A stretch of DNA of 64,000 nucleotides from Syntrophales bacterium (GTDB taxonomy: Bacteria; Desulfobacterota; Syntrophia; Syntrophales; UBA6807): NCBI GenBank assembly GCA_040767195.1, contig JAXGPA010000001.1, forward strand, positions 384,001 through 448,000, in the 5' to 3' direction. A model generated the notes under the pieces. That model was not told the DNA's origin and did not search any database. It saw nothing but the letters and a program-made list of their open reading frames with translations. Every line of letters starts with the position of its first letter. Within the stretch, counting starts at the first letter, position 1. Below, one piece after another: positions 60,233-64,000 of the stretch. The position numbers were made by a program, and so were the translations under genes.

Positions 60233-61089
60233 CGGGAACCCTGTACATCGTGGCCACCCCCATCGGGAACCTGGAGGACATCACCTTCCGGGCCCTCCGG
60301 ATCCTCCGGGAGGTCGGTCTGGCGGCGGCGGAAGACACCCGGAGAACGGGGATCCTTTTTAAGGCCTACGACATCCGGACCCCCCTCACCAGTCTTCACG
60401 ACTGGAACGAGCGTGAAAAAAGCGCCTTCATCCTTAAAAAGCTCCTGGCGGGAACGGACGTGGCCTATGTCTCCGATGCCGGGACCCCGGGCATTTCCGA
60501 TCCCGGATACCATCTTGTCAAGACGGCCCTCGAAAGGGCCGTTCCCGTCGTCCCCGTCCCCGGCCCTTCGGCGATTATCGCCGCCGTCAGCGTCTCAGGC
60601 CTGCCCACGGACCGGTTTTCCTTTTTCGGGTTCCTCCCCTCCCGATCGGGAGCGAGGCGGAAATTCCTGGAAACCCTGGCAGAAGAAGAGAAAACCATGG
60701 TGTTCTACGAGTCCCCCCGGCGGGTCGCCGCCGCCCTGGAAGACATGAAGACACGCCTGGGAGACCGCCATGTGGTTGTCGCCCGGGAGTTGACGAAACG
60801 GCACGAGGAAATCCTTCGGGGCCGGATCACGGAGGTTGCGCCGGTCCTGACAGAGAGACCGCCCCGGGGAGAAATCACCCTCATCGTTTCGGGCCGGGAA
60901 AAAGCCCCCGCCGCCCTGCCGCCGGAGGATACCCTCCGCCGCCGGATCGAGGATCTGTCTGGAAAAGAAACCCTTTCCGTCCGGGACCTGGTGCAGCGGA
61001 TCACCGATGAAACGGGACTCCCCCGTAGCGTCGTTTACGGGCAGGTCCTTCAGATAATGAAGAAGAAAAAAGACCTCAGGCGTCCTTAG
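60223..61089 (+). CDS. rsmI: 16S rRNA Cm1402 2'-O-methyltransferase
   Basis: LYIVATPIGNLEDIT.RA, AEDTR, SDAGTP.ISDPG, PGPSA, YESP.R, RELTK.HEE. Confidence 0.97.
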   Translation: MPVTGTLYIVATPIGNLEDITFRALRILREVGLAAAEDTRRTGILFKAYDIRTPLTSLHDWNEREKSAFILKKLLAGTDVAYVSDAGTPGISDPGYHLVKTALERAVPVVPVPGPSAIIAAVSVSGLPTDRFSFFGFLPSRSGARRKFLETLAEEEKTMVFYESPRRVAAALEDMKTRLGDRHVVVARELTKRHEEILRGRITEVAPVLTERPPRGEITLIVSGREKAPAALPPEDTLRRRIEDLSGKETLSVRDLVQRITDETGLPRSVVYGQVLQIMKKKKDLRRP

Positions 61090-61312
61090 CGAGCGCCTCC
61101 TCCATTTCCGCCGTCAGGGCAGCATAGGTCGATTGGAGGAGGGTTTCCAGGGTTTCCGTCTGCTTTCGGGCGGGAAGCCACTGAAGGACATGCTCCTGGT
61201 CCTGCCAGATCCTGTCCCTGGCCTCATCGGCCCGCCTTTGAACATCCGCCGCCCGGTCCCTGCCGAAACGGTCTTCGAAGATCCTGATGACCTTGAGGTA
61301 TCGCTCTTTCAT
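61076..61312 (-). CDS. Small helical hypothetical protein (78 aa)
   Basis: Charged, amphipathic ORF converging on rsmI with a 14-nt overlap. Confidence 0.55.
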   Translation of the reverse strand: MKERYLKVIRIFEDRFGRDRAADVQRRADEARDRIWQDQEHVLQWLPARKQTETLETLLQSTYAALTAEMEEALAKDA

Positions 61313-61339
61313 GATGTACAAGCCCTTTCAAAAATGACG

Positions 61340-61377
61340 GTAACTGAACATTTTTCGACTTTTTACAAGTTTATCAA
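61340..61377. repeat. Isolated copy of the right end of the MITE-like element
   Basis: 34/38 identical to 54777-54814 (GTAACTGAACATTTTTCGACTTTTTACAAGTTTATCAA). Confidence 0.75.
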
Positions 61378-61679
61378 AAATAATGAGACCAGAAAAAGTC
61401 TGAAAAAAGCACCTTTTCAAACATACCCTTTACTATGGAAAAAAAGGACCGTCGTCAAGGAACGAATTTCCAGGGAGAATTCTCCGTAAAACGTTGCCGG
61501 CCCCTTATTTCTTGGATCTTTCCCCGCTTTTGTGTTACCTCTCCTCGTAACGGTCCGTGGTGTTTTTTTACGGGTCCGGGAACCGCGGTCCCGTCCGCCC
61601 GCCTGTCGCCCGAATCGGCCTTGCGGGATCACGTTCAACGGACGGGGCCATGGATTTCTCTCACAAACAGGGATCCGAA

Positions 61680-63584
61680 GTGAACCGGCTTGTTCTTGTT
61701 TTCCTCATCATCTTCCTTTTTGCCCTCCCTCCGGCCGCCTATGGGGCGTCGGCGTCCCCCTTCGTTGAAGGGGAAATCCTCGTCCGTTTCGTTTCGGCAC
61801 CGGGGAAGCGAGACAACGAGACCCTGCCTTCGGGGACCCGGAACCTGTCGATGAAAAGAGGGTTTCCCCTGTACCGTGTTTCCCTTCCCGGGGGGATGAC
61901 GGTGGCGGAAGGGCTTCGTCAATACGGGAAACGCCCCGACGTGGCCTATGTCGAGCCGAACTATCTCCGCTACGGGACCGCCGTCGTTCCCGACGATCCC
62001 CTCTTCGGTCGGCAGTGGGGCCTATACAATACGGGCCAGGAGATCCGCGGCTTCTTTGGAACCCCCGGGTCCGATCTCGGCGCCGTGGAGGCCTGGGAAA
62101 AGACGACAGGAGGAAGCCCTGTCATCGTGGCGGTCATGGACTCGGGAATCGACGGCCGCCACGGCGACCTCGTGGAAAATCTCTGGCGAAACCCCGGGGA
62201 AATCCCCGACAACGGCGTTGACGACGACGGAAACGGGTACATCGACGATGTCCATGGGTGGGATTTCCTCGACGAGGACAACGACCCCATGGATGAAAAC
62301 GCCCATGGGACACACCTGGCCGGGATCATCGGGGCCCGGGGAAACAACAGCCAGGGAATCGCCGGGGTCAACTGGCGGGTGTCCCTCATGTCCCTTCGCT
62401 TTCTCGACGCCTCCGGTCTCGGCTCGGTGGCCGATGAAATCGAGGCCATGGCCTACGCCGCGGACATGGGGGCCCGGGTGGTCAACGCCAGCATCGGCGG
62501 CGCCGACGCGAGCCGGGCGGAACGGGAGGCCATCGCCCTTCTCATGGCGCGGGGGGTTCTCTTCGTCGCCGCCGCCGGAAACGAGGGGGAAGACAACGAT
62601 GATGTCCCAAGCTACCCGGCCTGCTACGATCTTCCCAACCTCATCTCCGTCGCCGCCACGGACGGGGATGACGACCTGTGCCTTTTTTCCAATTACGGGG
62701 CCCTCTCCGTCGACGGGGGCGCCCCGGGCCTCTTCATTCTCAGTACCGTTCCCGGGAACGCTTACGGGTATCTTTCGGGAACATCCATGGCGACGGCCTT
62801 CACCGCCGGCCTGGCGGGGCTTTTATGGAGCGCCTTTGCCGAGGACTCCTGGCAGGACATCCTGTACCGGGTCCTCTACGGTGCGGACCCCCGGGTCTCC
62901 CTGGCGGAAATCACCGCCACCGGCGGGCGGTTCGACGCCGGGAAAGCCCTGGACGTGAGGCCGCCGGCAACCCCCCCGGGGGCGCCGTCAGACCTGTCCC
63001 TGGAACCCCTGCCCGAGGGGGGGATAGCGCTTACCTGGCGGGACGGATCGTCCGATGAGCTGGGTTTCGAAATCGAGCGCCGGATGGAGGGGGAAGATGC
63101 CTTTACCAGGGTCGCCTGGACGGCCCTGAACGTCCGCTCCCTCGACGATGGCCCCCTCGAGGAGGGAAGGGCCTGCACCTACCGGCTCCGGGCCTTCAAC
63201 CCCCGGGGGGCTTCCCCCTACGGGAACGAAGAGACGGCGGTGACCCTTCTCCTGCCGCCTTCGGAACTTGAGGCGTCCGGTATTTCCCCGGCGGTCATCC
63301 GCCTCACCTGGAAGGACGGTTCTTCCCGGGAAAGCGGGTTCCAGGTGGAACGAAAAGGCGGGGGGACGGCGGTCTTCCGGACCGTCGCCACGATCCCCCG
63401 GGACAGCGAAACATACGATGACGGCGGCCTGGCCGCCGGGACCGCTTACACGTACCGGGTGCGGGCCTTCAACGACCGGACGGTGTCACCGTACACCACC
63501 GAGATCGAGGTCACAACCCCCGCCGGGAGCGGCGGCGGTGACGGGGGCGGCGGGTGTTTTCTTTCCACCCTCCTCACCCCCTGA
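61680..63584 (+). CDS. Exported S8 subtilase with two fibronectin-III domains and a Gly-rich-Cys tail
   Basis: Signal peptide, prodomain; triad VMDSG / HGTH / GTSMA, oxyanion AAGN; two FN3 repeats (LTW.D.S..E.GF..ER, Y.YR.RAFN); ends GGGDGGGGCFLSTLLTP. Confidence 0.93.
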   Translation: MNRLVLVFLIIFLFALPPAAYGASASPFVEGEILVRFVSAPGKRDNETLPSGTRNLSMKRGFPLYRVSLPGGMTVAEGLRQYGKRPDVAYVEPNYLRYGTAVVPDDPLFGRQWGLYNTGQEIRGFFGTPGSDLGAVEAWEKTTGGSPVIVAVMDSGIDGRHGDLVENLWRNPGEIPDNGVDDDGNGYIDDVHGWDFLDEDNDPMDENAHGTHLAGIIGARGNNSQGIAGVNWRVSLMSLRFLDASGLGSVADEIEAMAYAADMGARVVNASIGGADASRAEREAIALLMARGVLFVAAAGNEGEDNDDVPSYPACYDLPNLISVAATDGDDDLCLFSNYGALSVDGGAPGLFILSTVPGNAYGYLSGTSMATAFTAGLAGLLWSAFAEDSWQDILYRVLYGADPRVSLAEITATGGRFDAGKALDVRPPATPPGAPSDLSLEPLPEGGIALTWRDGSSDELGFEIERRMEGEDAFTRVAWTALNVRSLDDGPLEEGRACTYRLRAFNPRGASPYGNEETAVTLLLPPSELEASGISPAVIRLTWKDGSSRESGFQVERKGGGTAVFRTVATIPRDSETYDDGGLAAGTAYTYRVRAFNDRTVSPYTTEIEVTTPAGSGGGDGGGGCFLSTLLTP

Positions 63585-63603
63585 ACATCCAGGCCTTCCG
63601 GAC

Positions 63604-64000
63604 TCAGGCCATGGTCATCCTCATGACTTCCTCGACCGTCGTCAGGCCCTCGAGGATTTTTCGAACCCCGTCCTCCTTCAGGGAACGCATCCCCCCCCGC
63701 ACGGCCGCCTCCCGGATGACATTGGCATCGGAAGTCCCGCTGACGAGCCGCTTCAGGGAATCGTCGAGGACCATCATCTCGAAAATGGCGTTCCTTCCAC
63801 GGTATCCCGTGTTCAGGCAGTCGGGACAGCCCCGGCGGCGGAAGATCTCCCGGTCTTCCAGGAGCCGCCCCTCTTTACCCAGTTCGGCGAGGGCCGCCCT
63901 GTCAGGCCGGTAAGGCTCCTTGCATTTTTCGCAGAGGACCCGGACGAGCCGCTGGGCGATGATGGCGATGATGGACGAGGAAACGAGAAAGGACTCGATC
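63604..64000 (-). CDS. GspE/PilB-family secretion ATPase, C-terminal part (starts outside window)
   Basis: Not in ORF track. Reverse strand reads ...IIAQRLVRVLCEKC...GCPDCLNTGYRGRNAIFEMM...GMRSLKEDG.RKILEGLTTVEEVMR, stop at 63604. Confidence 0.9.
   Translation of the reverse strand, partial: IESFLVSSSIIAIIAQRLVRVLCEKCKEPYRPDRAALAELGKEGRLLEDREIFRRRGCPDCLNTGYRGRNAIFEMMVLDDSLKRLVSGTSDANVIREAAVRGGMRSLKEDGVRKILEGLTTVEEVMRMTMA

Noticed and set aside
1..64000. CRISPR arrays, rRNA, tRNA, prophage or defence genes
   Set aside because: No regularly spaced repeats or recognisable signatures found; nearly all sequence is accounted for by identified CDSs.

Overview
High-GC bacterial chromosome segment. 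Gene content and order (purD-purH, dcw cluster without ddl, selB-fdhD, argS-SPOR-ffh-rpsP-khpA-rimM-trmD-SPOUT-rplS-rnhB-yraN-rsmI) point to an anaerobic deltaproteobacterium, probably Syntrophales-like (inference). Most of the window is housekeeping. Seven things stand out. (1) A ~170-bp palindromic MITE-like element sits exactly at the ffh start codon. It duplicates AATGTTTGA and leaves the original RBS driving a 45-codon upstream ORF; a second, end-only copy lies at 61.3 kb. (2) A GEMM-I (c-di-GMP-I class) riboswitch lies in front of a pilD-fimT-pilV-pilW-pilX operon. (3) A 9-kb accessory module carries a GAF/sigma54 activator, tandem palindromic sites, an ABM-like protein, a Ser-type exported sulfatase, a radical-SAM maturase, an outer-membrane channel and two exported proteins. 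(4) An FdhD lacking the usual Cys-loop is coupled to selB. (5) An unlisted 59-aa four-Cys protein lies upstream of argS. (6) A subtilase with a Gly-rich-Cys C-terminal tail faces a GspE/PilB ATPase. (7) A GlmU homologue has only its uridyltransferase half. No tRNA, rRNA, CRISPR array, integrase or transposase was seen. All product calls come from motif recognition; no database search was run.
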